A stretch of 64,000 nucleotides of DNA from Bilabrum cf. latius. Lineage: Eukaryota. Under the pieces are notes generated by a model. The model searched no databases. It worked only from the letters and a program-made list of their open reading frames with translations, and was not told where the DNA came from. The stretch covers positions 434,001 through 498,000 of the forward strand of contig OZ237758.1 of assembly GCA_965178125.1 (NCBI GenBank). Direction: 5' to 3'. Of this stretch, positions 48,001-61,800 are shown piece by piece; position 1 is the stretch's first letter, and the number at the start of each line of letters is the position of its first letter. The position numbers and the translations under genes were made by a program.

Positions 48001-49506
48001 GCACCTGCTCCAACACCTGCGGTCGCACCGAATGCTGCACCGCGTTCCTTGGGCGACAACGTGACTGACAACGGCGTTAGTAGTGGGAAGCATTCACCCG
48101 AAACGTCATCATCTGACAAATTCGATGATATATTTGGCGCAGTGGACTCTGTAAGCGAGGACAGCAGTGCTGTCGTTGTGGGCAACACAGGTGGAGCACC
48201 AGGTGGAGCACTGGGCGTTAATGGGCCTCCAGGACCAGATGACATGCTCGCTGCTGGCGAAAGCTCTGAACTGGATTCAATAAGCAAGCAGCGCGCTGAT
48301 AAGTCCAATGCGATAGGGACGGACAGCTCTAGCGTTGGTACTGTTGGTTCGATTGGCCTGCCACCCCCGAGTGAAGCCTCCGGCCCTGGCATCGCTTCTT
48401 CGAGGTCCCGGCGGCGTGGCAGTCGCAGGCACAGGGCTGCATACGACGCGGGGACCATGGTAGTCAAGCCTGTCTCAACGGTCCATGAAAGAAATGAAGG
48501 CACTGTTGAACATGTACAGAATGGTGAATCGACCGCGGAAGAGCCGGCAACCGCAGCCAATGCCAAGGCAGAGGGTATCACCGATCATGCCGATAATCCA
48601 TTCGACTTTTTCGTCGGAGCAGAGGAGGGCTCGGCATCTACTGCGGGGAAGAAACAATAGGACGCTGCACCCAGCACGCACAGTGAAAGCCCCGACCAGA
48701 GCGCGGGCAGAGATGGGCCCCTCGATGTGGGATTGACTGGTTTGCCCCCACTAGGCAATGCTGCTGGTGACGGAGAGTTGCCTCCACTTGGAATGGATAC
48801 TAACGATACGGGCTCAGTTTCCGTCGAGCCTGCGCCCCCCTTACCGCAAGAATCTGCGGAACAGGCCGAATCAGGCTTCAACCCATTCGATGCGTTTGGA
48901 GAAGCAGCAGCAGACGAAGAAGACCAGGGCAGTGCGGCTGGTAGTGCAGACACCAAAGCCACGGCAATATCAGGGCAGGAGCTGCCGCCTCTAGGCTCTG
49001 TCGAGGGCGGACTGCCTCCTCTCGGTGGATTGCCACCTCTTTCCCAGTTCTAGAGCCATGCACCCGGAGGGAACAGGCGCATGTCAGCCGGTGTAACAGC
49101 GGGGCCTTCTCAGTTCGCGTCGTCAACTGGAATAGCAGGACTTGGTGACCGCCACGGTACGGGAAGCCGACGCACCACGATTGCGGGCCTGGGTGGCGAT
49201 GGTATCTCACCACTTGGCGTGTTTGGCACAAAGGATGAAGTTTCATCAACATCAATTGCACCCGCAACTTCACAAAAATCTGCTAGCGGGAGGACTCGAT
49301 CGAATCGGCGCTCTCGGCAGGGAAGGTAGTCGTCTGCCGGGGCCAGCATCGACGCCCTCTTTTCCTAGGGAGGCACCGCTGCAGGCACCTCTGGCTCTGC
49401 AGCGACTAGCTCTAAGGGCTCTCGACGACGCGGCAGGAGTCGTGCAGGACAGTCCAAGCCGGTTTTGAAGGAAGATAGCGAAGAAGAGGATCTGTTCAGT
49501 CTGTAA
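39013..49506 (+). CDS. Very large uncharacterised protein (~3,497 aa; ~27 in-frame TAG) with helical N-terminal region, adaptin/coatomer-appendage-like motif and acidic DPF/NPF tail
   Basis: Fourteen ORF-track pieces from 39427 to 49081 share a frame, and I read every gap as TAG-only. The first in-frame ATG found is 39013. The frame ends ...EEEDLFSL-TAA at 49504-49506. Function is inferred only. Confidence 0.78.
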
Positions 49507-49808
49507 AAGGTCGGTTGTCTTGCTCAGTGACAGGTTTGCAAACTTGCAACAGATCATGATTGATAATTCACTTCAAGTTTCATTTTAGAGCAAATTCAAA
49601 ATTCTGTTAGCAAAAAGCAAGGCACACGAAGAAAACAAAGTCCCGAGTCTCGCCTGGCCACTAGCTGGCTCCTTCGTAATCATGCACTGACCATACTATA
49701 GTACTGGCCGCGGCGCCGGAAAATGCCGAACACACCGGAGGATGGCCTCTGACCTACACAGGCGATATCTACGCCAACTGCAAACTTTCCAACCACTCGT
49801 TTGCATTC

Positions 49809-52800
49809 TTACTTGGGCTTCTTGGGTGCCTTCGGTTTCTGAGCCTTCCTGCGCTTCTTGAGTGCACGAAGCGCCATGTTCTATGCCCGAGCCTCCTTGC
49901 TCTTGCGGTCGAACATTGTGATCATGCCCATAAGCTTCGCACGATTCTTGGACTTCTATCCCTTCAACTTCGAAGCCTTTTTCTTGCGCCCCGATGTGGA
50001 GCGAGTTGATCGAGGTGAAGCCTGCTCGCTGTCGCTGTCGCTGAAGCCTTCGTCCCACCCCATCCCGCTGCTCCGCCTTGCACCAGCCGCTGAGTGTGGT
50101 CGAGTCGCACTCACAGTCGCAGGCGACAGCTCGATGCCACGATCTGCGCCGCCCATGTCGTCCTGGCTGCTAGGCGATTCGCCGGCCTTGAAGGCAAGCG
50201 GTCTCATGGACGTGCTCTGGCTCAGGCTCCTGGCACTGGCCTGCCCGAAATCGCTGGGGGAGGTACCGCGTCCGCGTCGCATAAATGCAATCAATGAGGC
50301 AGATGCTGGGCTATCGCCTCTTTCGCCCTCGGGTGCGTCTGTCTCCTCCGCCACCGCACGATGCAGCTGACCCGCCGCCTGGTGCACGACCCTTCCAGTT
50401 GTGCTGGTCCGACGCCGGCCCCTAGCCACCGCAAAGGGGTTCAAATGGCTCTCAAACTCACCTGCACCAAGCACGCTTGCATCTGCGCCTAAAGTATCCA
50501 TTGAGGAAGGGGCTTCCTGACCCTACGATTTGGCTGCAAGTCTCGCCCTTTCGTCCTCTCCACGCATAACCATGGCTCGCATCGGGTTAAGCAGCATGAT
50601 TGGCATTCCTTCCCCTGGGATGTCACCTGTGAGCACTGGACCACCTGTTCCAGCGCCGATCTAGGCCGTTTTGATCCGCCCCGTCACGGTGGGGCCCTGT
50701 GAGCCGATTCCAGGCGGCTTTCTGGGAGGTAGTGGCGCTGTGACTGCTGGACCATGGCTTCCGCTCACTCCTCCCTGTGGAATAAGCATGGACGGGCCGC
50801 CAGTTCCACCGCCGATCTGGTTTGTCACGATACGGCTCGTTATGACAGGCCCATCCGGCCCTCGTCCGCCTCGCTGACTCGCGACTAACCTGCCTGTCAG
50901 GCTCGGTCCGGCCGTGCCTCGAGTTGCCTTCTTGATGATAGCCGCACTGCTAGCACGGACGGATGCTACGGGGTTCTCCTTAATCGTTTTGCTGGGTTTT
51001 GCGACCATCGGACCGACCGTCCCAACGCCTGATAGCTCATTCACGGTAGTGTGAATGGCTGGAGCGGTGGTTTGGCTCGGTGCCCTCCTTCGCGAACACA
51101 TCGACACGCAGAAGCACACACAGCAGAACATATACGCGCACGCACCAGCAGCAGAGGCAAAGACCGAACCGCATGCGGAGCAAGGCCCTTCTAGCCTAGA
51201 CCCGACCGCCCCGAGAACGGAAGAGCCCGCACCGAGAGCTCCTACCACGATGCCCCGGAACTGGTGCCAGAAACTCGATATAGCAAAGAGGATGAGCCAG
51301 GTGTTGCATATGATCACCACCCAAGTCGCTGGTGCCTCGATGCTGATGCCGTAGGCCTCAAGAATTTGCAATTGCCTCTCGACTTCGATTGCGAGCACCA
51401 TCAACAAAGAAACCGCGGCCGTACTGATCGCAAAAAGCTCAAGTTCATTGAGAGGATCATCGTACTGGTACCGAACGGCTGGCACTTGACGCACGGCTGC
51501 AGATTTTTGGTTGCCAGAGGGACTCCCGTCTCCGTCTTCGTCGTAGTTTGCGAATACGTTGAGTCCATCATCGATGGCACCGAGCAAGTCAATCAAGGAG
51601 GGCGCGGACAGCGGGTCCGTATCTTCCTCTCCCTCTAGCATGCTGTTATAACTAGCTAATGAGGTGGTTGATGATGCGCGTACAGCCCGTGGGGGAAGCA
51701 AGACCGGACTCGCCGGGATACCGGTCCCCATACCGTGGGTGCCGACACCCAGCGGGATGCCCGCCACTATTGACCCGAGCTGCAGTTTTTCATCGTCGTC
51801 ATCGTCATCATCCTCGTTGATGGCCGCCTTGGAATCCGTCTCTACGTCAAAGAGAGTCTCGCGGTTCGCCAAGTGAGGCCCATGATGGAACGGGCGATGG
51901 GTCGTTGGTCGGCTCGCCACGCGCTGCAGCTGGGCTGCAGCCCTTGGATTGCCGTACAGCGAGACTCGAGTGCCGCGCCGCACCCGGGCTGATGGTGCCT
52001 CCATCACCACAGAGTCATCGGCAGACGGTGAAGCGCGCCTTGTTCCATTCCGAGTCGGTGTGCCCGGACTGCCGGGCGTAGCCGAACCGATATCGGGGCT
52101 GGAGGACCGTGCTGCCCCTTTCTGCTTCATATTGAGGACGTCATAGCGCACCACCGGTTCCATAGACTGCCGCTTCTGCATCCTGGCGTGCATGAGCCAG
52201 CGGCGCACTGCATCGCGCTGCTTCGCCTTCTCGTAGAGCCGCACAGCGCCGTTGCACCGAAGGCACAATGTCTTCGAAAGCCAGTACAAGAACTTGCCGC
52301 AGCAAAGCTCAGAGTACGGCTTGTCCATCAACTCTACTTCAAACAGCGCCCTGTCACGTCTCGCTCCATTCCCGTGCGCGCTGGCCCTACGAATCTGTCC
52401 GCTCAACTGTTTGATTCGCGCTCGGCAATCATCCGGGTACCGGTTTGCAACGACCAAAAATCTGGCTTTTCGCGCGAGAAACTGACCTTCAGTCTCCGTA
52501 ATGGACTTGATCGGTGGTACGGGTTTCGGCGGCATCTTCTTTAGCACAGCATTGATCATGTGGTTGAACAAGCTGTTCTTCCACTTGATGTAGGTCACAT
52601 CTGGCATAGCTTCCCACTTGACATTTTCGGGGAGGCTCTCTTCTTCATCCTGCTGCGCAGACAAAGACAGGCTCTGACTCGCAGAGATAGAGCCCCGGTG
52701 CCGAGCCGAAGGCTACGTCGTGCCATTCTTCACTGCCTGAGACTGTCGGCGGCGGGCAGTATTGCCGCCGCTGCTCTTGCCCATGATTGTACCCCGTCGC

Positions 52801-55800
52801 CGCATGGGACCACCGCCTGGGAAACGTGAACTTCTCCGGCGTCGACTTGCGGTTCCTCCTGCCTGTTCGTCCCCATCCGCGTCTTTCCCTTGCGGGTTGT
52901 CTTCATCAGCGTTTGCATCGTCGCCAGCACCGTCCTGGTCCTCGTCAGCTCCGCCGCCCTGCACCCCGGCAGTTGCGCCGTCCGTTCGCTCATACTTGAC
53001 CCGTTTTCCGGAGTCATCCAACTTAATGATGGGGAGATTATCCGCAGTTAACCGTAGTTGCTCCTGATACGGAGAGTTCCGGGCCTGCAGGCCAAGAGAG
53101 ACAAGCAGCACGCACAGCATGCAGAACAGCTGAAACGTAGTCCCAATCGGGGCAAGGATGGTCACAGCTACGGCCTACATTGCCTTGCGGAGCAAATTGA
53201 CAGCTTCCCAGTACTTATGGTCGTCTGAAAGCCCTTTGTACAGAAAACTCATCGACTGTTCTACGCTCTCCCACGTCTCGGCCGAAATGCACCTGCATCG
53301 CAGTTCAACCAGAGCGTACACCATGAGTGGTACCAACAAACTGAAACCGAAGAGAACGGGCATTCCAACTTGGATCATTTCGAAACGGTTCTTGCTGCAC
53401 ACGTACTCCAGGTCCATGGCGAGGCGCAGCTCGCCCTGAGAAGCAGGTGTGCCTCCGTATTCGATCCACTCCTCTGGTCTGGTCAGATTGGCAGCGAGGG
53501 CGTTTCGCCGCGCCTCCGTGATGGCATCAAACGCTATACCTGCTTCTGGTTGGATGGATCGGCAAGACAACATGCGGAGGGCGGCCTCAGTGATCGGCGT
53601 GTGCGTCAGGAAGAAAATAACCAGCACCGACAGCCCCATGCGCTTGCCAAACATGCCGCACAGATCACAGCACTCAGTCCGGTGGGTGATTCCCTCCTAG
53701 AGTGGGATCTGTTCTGACAGGGGTACGTTGGCCACGACGCTTCCCACATCAGTTGCACTGCCCGATGCGCTCCCGATCGGACTTCGAATGCTTGCCTGTC
53801 GGACCAGACTCGAGGCTTTGCTGCCACCGCGACCCACAGCTGCGAGCTTGGGCGATCGGCTACCAATGAATGGGCTTGCATTTGGCGATCTGTTCCCTCG
53901 CATGCTTGCCTATATATGAAGAGCGTTTCGCTTGGACACGCTGGATCCAAGCGACCGCATGCTGGATGCGCCGGAAGCACCGATGCTCCGAGAGGAAGCC
54001 TGCCTCCTCTTTAATTTCGCACGCTTCTTCGATAGATACTTGGGTGCATGCGCTTTTAGCATTTCGTAGAGTGACGGCAAGTGGGTGACGTGACCCTTAT
54101 CCATCGCGATGGCGATCTCGGCCGGCGTCAGCTACCTTCCGTACAGCTCAAATCCCTACGAGGCGCAGGTGGAACTGGAGCTGTGCGCTGCTGAGTGAGC
54201 CGTTGCGGTTGGAGCGGTAGCGGGCACACCCCCGACCGTTTGTGGCACATTGGACCTGCCAGCGTTGACGGAAAACATCAGTGTAGGACCGCTGGATTCT
54301 CCTTTACGACCAACCGCTCGCGAGCTACCAAATGCCTGCGATCGTGCCTCGGGAGCTGCTTTGGATTCTGGTTGATTCATTTGCCTTAGCGCCATCGAGG
54401 CGCTTCCGACTGCCATAGCATTGGCGGCTCCGCCCGCCACACGGCGCCCCCTGCCGGCCCCACGACCACGTCCAAGGCTGAGAGGATTCACGGAGCCAAG
54501 CTTCCGGTGACTCAAAGCAGAGTCATGTCCAGCTCCAGCTAGAGCCCTGCCATGCTGTGCAAACGTAGGACCACCCGTACCGAGGCTGGTCCCTTGTGTT
54601 CTGGAAGATCCTCCGTACTTCGGCCCGCTGGTCCCGTGTGTTCTGGAAGATCCTCCGTACTTCGGCCCGCTGGTCCCGTGTGTTCTGGAAGATCCTCCGT
54701 ACTTCGGCCCGCTGGTCCCGTGTGTTCTGGAAGATCCTCCGAACTTCGGCCCGCTGGTCGACAAAGGGCCGGGCTTCCCTGTTCCCGGTGCGACACGCCC
54801 GGGCACGCCTCGCTATCGTGCAAGGGCCGCCTGCATCGGATTGACGCCAGCCACACTGGAATCGATGGATCCCAGCTTTGGTCCGCTAGTTGTCAGTGGG
54901 CCTCGGTGGCTTGACCTGGTAGATAGCGTCCCTCTGTGCGATTTTGAGCCGATGCGACCGCGTGCTGACTGCATTGGGTTGAATGCCGCAAGCTACGGTC
55001 CAGAGGAGTCACCAATTGATCGAGTTATCTGCTGCTGCTGCTGCCTCTTTGCCTCATCGAGCATTTCCACCCTAGTGTAGAGGTGCGAGCCATCCCCCGA
55101 GCAGTCGAACCACGTCAAGCAGCAGCCGCAGCAAGCATCAAACCAGGACAGGCGAGACAGTCCAGGAGTGTATGCGACCTCGCGACGGTACCGATCCCAT
55201 GCCTGCGCCTGCTAGGCCTCTGAGCTGATTGTGTCGATGATCCATATGGCTTTTTCAACGTGTTCGTCCCACTCAAGGGACCGCCTGCACATAACCAGCC
55301 GGGCGCAGCTTGGACAGCATCGGGCCCTAGCGCGGTTCCGTGGCCTCTTCATGAATGCAATTATGTAGGAAATCACCACTTCTAGTGTCCACATCACGCA
55401 TGCATACGAGAGCAGACCTGGAAGAACAGCGTATGTGAGCAGAGTCTGACCGACCGGATCGGTTGAATCGTCCAGGCTGCACTCCAACGCGATACCGCTG
55501 GTCGCTGCAGACGCGCCCACGGACGCCCCGCCAAAGAACTGCCCCATCGTAACTGGGAACTCCATATCAACCGATGCTATGATACCGATAGTCTGCACGT
55601 GTGTGAACATGATCTTGGCTGCAACCACGACGGCCGCACTCGTCTGGTCCGCGTTCTGCGATCTCCAGGAGTTGTACAGGATACCGGCAATTGCTACCAA
55701 GATGAGTGCACCGATCAATAGCCTCTGCACCAGCGACCAAATGCCTTGCTCTTCTGGCGATGGGCACTGTATGCACACGCCGATAGCGTTTTTGAAGTAC

Positions 55801-58800
55801 CCGATCTCGCACTTCTGGCAGAGGACCCCCTTGTGGCCCTCGGCGCAGCCCTCCAAGTCGGGACTCGACAGCGATGTCACGCCATGCAGCGCAGAGGGCC
55901 GCTGCGCCTCGCCATAGGCGGCAAGAAGTCGAAGCACGTCGTCCGGGGGAGCAAGGTAGAAGGGCACGACGACGCCGTTCTCGCTGGTTGTGTTCACATA
56001 TCGCACACGGTTTTCTGTCGCCCAACGTGGGAGCAGCGGGTCTAATGCTGATGCACTGACGATGCTTTCGCTCCCTGACTGCTGTAAGATACGGATGGCC
56101 TGCAAAAAATGGTTCGCGGTTATCTAGGTGCCGGTCACCCGTGGATGTTCAGCTCCTTGAAGTCTCCTAGGTGAATCCACTTCATCCCCTAGCTCATTCT
56201 GATCCGGCATCTCCGACAGGAACGTGTCTGCCATGTCTGCGCCCGTGGCCACAAGGGATGCCGTCCGTCCCGACAGCCTCCACAGTCGCACCAGCGCCTC
56301 AGCCACCTCCTGGTTTCCGTTCGTCTATGCACGAGCAAGCCGCAGCTGCGTCTCGCGTCGCAGCTGCATCTGGGGCGGCATGCCCGCAGCCTCAGCCTCC
56401 GTCTGCACCTGGGCCGGCACGCCCCTGCACACGCCCTCCGTCTCGCACCGAATGAATCCAATCTGCCCGTAGGACCATTCTAGCCGTCGGTAACCCTCCA
56501 GCGCCGCGATTTGTTTCGAGCCCATCCCGCCGCACACTGCCCCGGTGGGGCACGGCAGGCACTGCTGTTTCAGGTCGAGGCTGTCCGGCATGAATCGATT
56601 GAACTAGCACGATGCCTTAACAGGATAATCCACATAGGCCCAAGCACTCGACTGTAACTTGTCGTCTTCAGCTGCGTGCTCGGCGCGCACGCGAATGATG
56701 TATGGTTCCGCTGACGGCACATTGAAGCTAGACTCCACCATGTACCACGCGTGTGCTGACCCAAGGTCTCTAGCACCGGGTGCCTTGTTGTCGATTTGAA
56801 AGCTTTCCCGCTGTTGCCATAGCCTGCCAAGCACTCCAATGGGTTCTACCACATCATTGCTTAGCCCAGATACTTGCATAGCAGCTATACTGGCGTTCTA
56901 AGCAGTGCGATTCAAGCTGAGACCACTCCGAGCATTTTCTATCGGACCCCACTCGCGCGCGTTTTGTATAAGGTCCTGAAGCGTACCATCGTCGAATGAG
57001 TCCAGAGCCCATGGCGGGTGCTGGTCGTCAAAAGCGTCCTACCTAGGTTCATGGATGGTTATCATTTGTGTTGTACCGAACAAGTCCTCCGACGGGGCCG
57101 CCTCAATTCGAAATTCCTAAGCAGCCAAGAAGCTCAGGGCTTGCGTTCCGCTGATATTATTCGCTGCAAACTCTTCCATTTCCTTGTTTGGATAGAACCA
57201 TCGCATGACGATCCGCAGATCGTCGCCAACCCCTCTCCAAGCAACAGGGGCCAAGGGCGGCACCGGAGGTGGGTAGCTCTGCGCAATGCCTCTTGGAATT
57301 AATCGCGCCCCCTCGGGTGCGTCCATACCGTAGTTGCCTTCGGGTAGCAGTCCATTCACTGTCTGATCGGAGAGAACGTCGGATGCTTTGATGGAGATTT
57401 GCTCTCCCATCTGGTCGTACACCTTCAGGTTGGACACCCCTGTCCGCATAACCACTTGCACCCCGACGTACGGCTGCACAGAGCCTTTCTTCCTTTGTGC
57501 CTTATACCACAACGAATGGTCTTGGGGAATGGTGCAAGTGAGCTCCACCATCGAGACGTACCACACCTCTGGGCCGCCTTGGCAGGGTATCCCACCCACT
57601 GTGAGTAACGAAAGATCGGACGGTGAGACACCGAAGCCCTCACCGGTGATACTGATCGTGTCTCCAGGCCCTGCACCAGCCGGGGGATTGATGATTACTC
57701 TCGGCGGTGGCACAAGGTTGACAACGCTCGAGGATGACTCCTACTGCTGGTCCAGCACCGTGATGAATGTCTCATCAGACGGCCAGGTGCTTCCAATCAC
57801 ACCGATTCCATCCAACACCGAGCGATTCCCTTGTGCACGCGCAACCCACGGCAAAATCCACTTGAGGCCGATGCACGACACGCTCCGACCTGGCTCCTCG
57901 AGACGTTTCTGCTGGCACTGCACGCCGCCGATTCGCAGATCATCCAGCTGGTCTAGCACCATCGGGAATGACTGGCCCCGAAGGGTGATAGATGCGTTTG
58001 AGTCGCCCGCAAGGATAGCAGGCGGGGAAATCTCCTCGATAACAGGTTTGCAATACGCAACGGTTTCCGGCCTGCTGACTGCGCCGCCATGGAGCTGTAC
58101 CCTGATCTGGATATCTTTCCCTGCTCCAGGCGGAAGCATAACGTGGATAGATTCGCCTGACTTCCATATAGCAGGTTTCACGCGCCCCTGGACGTTTCCC
58201 ATTGGCTGTACCAATGCATCAGATGATTTGTCGTCTAGCACCGGAATTGCCGCGGCAATCTTCCATGAAGGCACTTGCATTTGTCGAAGACTCGCGTCGC
58301 TAAAAAGTCTAGATGCGTTCACGATACCCTCACTGCGGTCTTTCACGACTTCCGATGTATTCAATCTAGCACCTAGAGCTTCTCTCTCCAAGTCAAACCC
58401 GGATACAAGCACGAAATCAACGTCCGCGGCGCTAGTTCCAAAACCTTGGCCAGAGATCTCGATCAACGACTCTGCTGTACCCCCAGTGGTGTCAGAGCAA
58501 CCGCTTTCGCGCAACCTTATCGTAGGCGGTTCGCCCAACGTAATGCCAGGAAATGTGCTAGAAAATGTTCCTGACTGCCCTGCTACCGACAACTGCACGC
58601 CAGCGTTGTCATCCCACCCGGCGAGTGAGCTCAGGTCAGAGCTGCTCCAATCTAGCTGGTCGCACAATAAGCAGGAGGCGAACGCAAGAACTTCTTGAGG
58701 CAATTCCAGTGTACTGCCTCGGTTCGCTGCGAAGGTCATTGCCTCCTCCAAGGTCATGTCACTGATGCCCAGGCATGCACGGCCTCCGAAACTGAGCGTA

Positions 58801-61800
58801 CGGTGGACAGGAAGCCCCGACCCGAAGCTTGTGCCACACACGAGGATAGAACGGGGCTCGCCATACACGGGAGCACGCGGCTCAATAGCCATGATTGTCG
58901 GCGGGTCGTACGAGAATGAACCCGTCGCGAAGGTGCCCGTCCGCATCACGACGGCTACTCCAACGTCTGCCCCGGCCCCTGGCGGCACGTTCACTCGCAG
59001 CTATTTGCCTGATTGCCATACCACGGGGCTGTCTTCTGTGGAATCTCGGATGCCCAACCCAGCGCTACTGTTGGTTGCTACGGTCGTCTTGGCCCATACA
59101 ATGCTACATACGTCAAGTGGCCGCGGGCTTGCGGACGGACTGACTGAAGCGGCTGGCGTGATTGAGGGAGTTACTGAAATGCTGGGTGCTACGCTCGCGG
59201 TTGCGGTCGGGGTCGCTGATGGTGATATCATGACTGACCCTGTTGCTGCAACAGTGCCATTCGCGGGTCCTGCGGATGGTGCAGTAGTGGCTGCCGTTGC
59301 GTTGCTACTCCCGTTGGTCAATTGTTGGTTATCTGCTGAGGAGTGGTTGTTGGGAGAAGTGGTCCCATTCACCGTCTCACCAGCTTCGTTGCGGCCACTA
59401 TTTGAGCCATTCGACGGGACACCCCGTTCAGTGGTGTTGTTGGTAGAGTCCTGACTTGCGTTCGTGGCAGATAATACTCTAGCATTCAATACTCCTGAAG
59501 TGCTATTTGCAGAGCTATCTAAATCACCACCATGGCCTGTGGTACCGTTGACTGCCGTTGTGTTGGCAGCACTTGTGGCGTTGGACAAAGGACTCTGAAC
59601 TGGATCATGCTGTACGGCGGTCATGGATGCAGAAGGTGAAGGAGGGGTAGGACTTGGGCTTGGGGTCGGGCTTGGGCTTGGGGTCGGACGCAGCTCCCCA
59701 TCCTACGTAAACATCAGCGGGTCCACACAGTGCTTGCCCACGTTCGCCTCCTCTCCAGGCGCGATCCCAGTCGTGCGCCAGGGGCCAAAGACGACAGCGA
59801 TCACGTCGCTCGCATCGAGGCCAAAATCGGTTTCCCCCACTGCACTTACTGTAGCCTGTCCAAATCCCGATGTGTCAAAATCATAGTTATGAAAATCACT
59901 TGCTCTATCTAGAGAGATGACTGCGGGGACTCCCTGCAGCTTCATTGCAGTGCTAGGAAATGAGGCTTGCCCGGCAACCTGTACAATGACCTCGCCAGTG
60001 GGCCACTCCGTTTCGACCGGGATCCTTGTCACGTTTCCGCCATCGTCCTCCACATCGTACGTGGACTCTAATCCACCGCATGTAATGTATCGTCCTTCTA
60101 AATTGGAGATATTGGCAGCTTGTGCTTCTTGCAGCCCTCCAAATCGTTCAAGTACTAAGAAGTCGGCGCCCTATCGTACGCTGCGACAACGCAGTCCTCC
60201 GATTGATACAAAGTCTATATGGCTGTCGCGATACCCGAAGTTCTGCCCCTTCAATACCACGGTAATGTTGAAGTCCCTAGACAGGGCAACATTGGGGAAC
60301 GCATCCGAGATCTCTGGTGGCGAGTATGCAACTATGCTCCTAGTCTCGGGCTCGGAGCTAATGCCAGTGCGCATCACCACCTAGACAGGAGAAGCAGAAC
60401 CGACTCCAGGCGGAATCATGACGGCGATTTCGTTCTCGGAGCTCCACTCGATGAGTGGGCCGTCAGCAGAATTGAGATCTTTCTAACTCGCCAACTTGAA
60501 TTCATCCGGTGGAATGCTGGTCGTGGTCAGCTGCAAAGGTCGTAGCGGCTCACCAGTCTCCTCGTTCAAAACTGGAACCCAGAACTCTACTGAACCGTCT
60601 GCAAAGACCATGCGGTTGTGATACACCTTCGTCGCATCTTGACCTTCGCCAAAATTGACATACGCTACATCTCCATCGTACCGTCGATCAGGCCCGCTCT
60701 CGCCTGGTTGCCTGTCCTTCGTGCCGAAACCCTAACCAATAATGTTCGCAAGCAATCCCCCGGTTGTAGGAGCAGTTTTACTGGGCTCCACACCTTGCTT
60801 CCGAGTACGCCCGGCGTTTTCGTCTGGGTTGACAGATAGAACTCTTGCCGGTTCCTACGGATCCAAGAAGTCTCTCTGCTGCGTGTCGGTTAGTTCGCCT
60901 CCCGGCATTCTCAAGCGGTAGTAGACAGTCGTATTAGTCCACACTTGGGGAGCGTTCACGGTGCAGTCGAGCCTCTTCTCTTGCTCTGGGAAGTCGTCGA
61001 ACTCGCTGCAGCTTACGGGCCCGATGACAATTTCTCCGATCTCAACATCAGCGTCTTGAACTCCCTCGCCAATGATCTCAAAGGTGTACTCGATAACTCC
61101 TGGAGCAGATGGAAGCACAGTGGTAGGAGACACAGTAAGTACGTACACTTGTAAGTACTCTAGCTGGCTAGGCACCGTTTCTGTCCCGTGTATTGTCAGT
61201 ACGACTGGCGCAATGGGCGAGTCGAACGTCAGGGACTTCGACGGAACGTAGACACAATCGGTTCCTGGTGCTTCCCCGCAGACGTCCTGGCGCAATCCGG
61301 CCAGAGCAGCCGGAGCAGCTCGGTCCCATGGACCAGCTGATTGGGGTTCGGCATACACCGAGGATGCCACATTTTCGGTTTGCATCTGTGTGTTTCGCGT
61401 GAACAGCCGAAGTTCGCCTCGCCCGCGGCTTGACTCTATCTGGAGGCGTTGGAGGGGCGACTGAAGCACCCAATCTGGAGGCAGATTCCATATTGCAGCC
61501 TCAATAAACTGTTCCCCTCGTGGCTCTAGTCGCTCTATATCTACAGCAGCATTCTCTGGATTCCTTATCCAGGTGAGCTCAGGCTGCTCGTATGAGATAG
61601 ACGGACGGTATTCCTGCTTTAACGGGGACAGGACGAGATCGTAGTTTCGAGCGTAGCCCGAGCTTGCCGCTCCCAATCGTGGTGTTTCTAATGAGCAAGA
61701 CCCCGTACTGGCGCCTGTGCTGGCAAGATCACACGGAATGACTGGCACGGATGCATCAAACGGAGCTGGGACCACCTCGGTGGCGGGGCCTCTATGCCGA

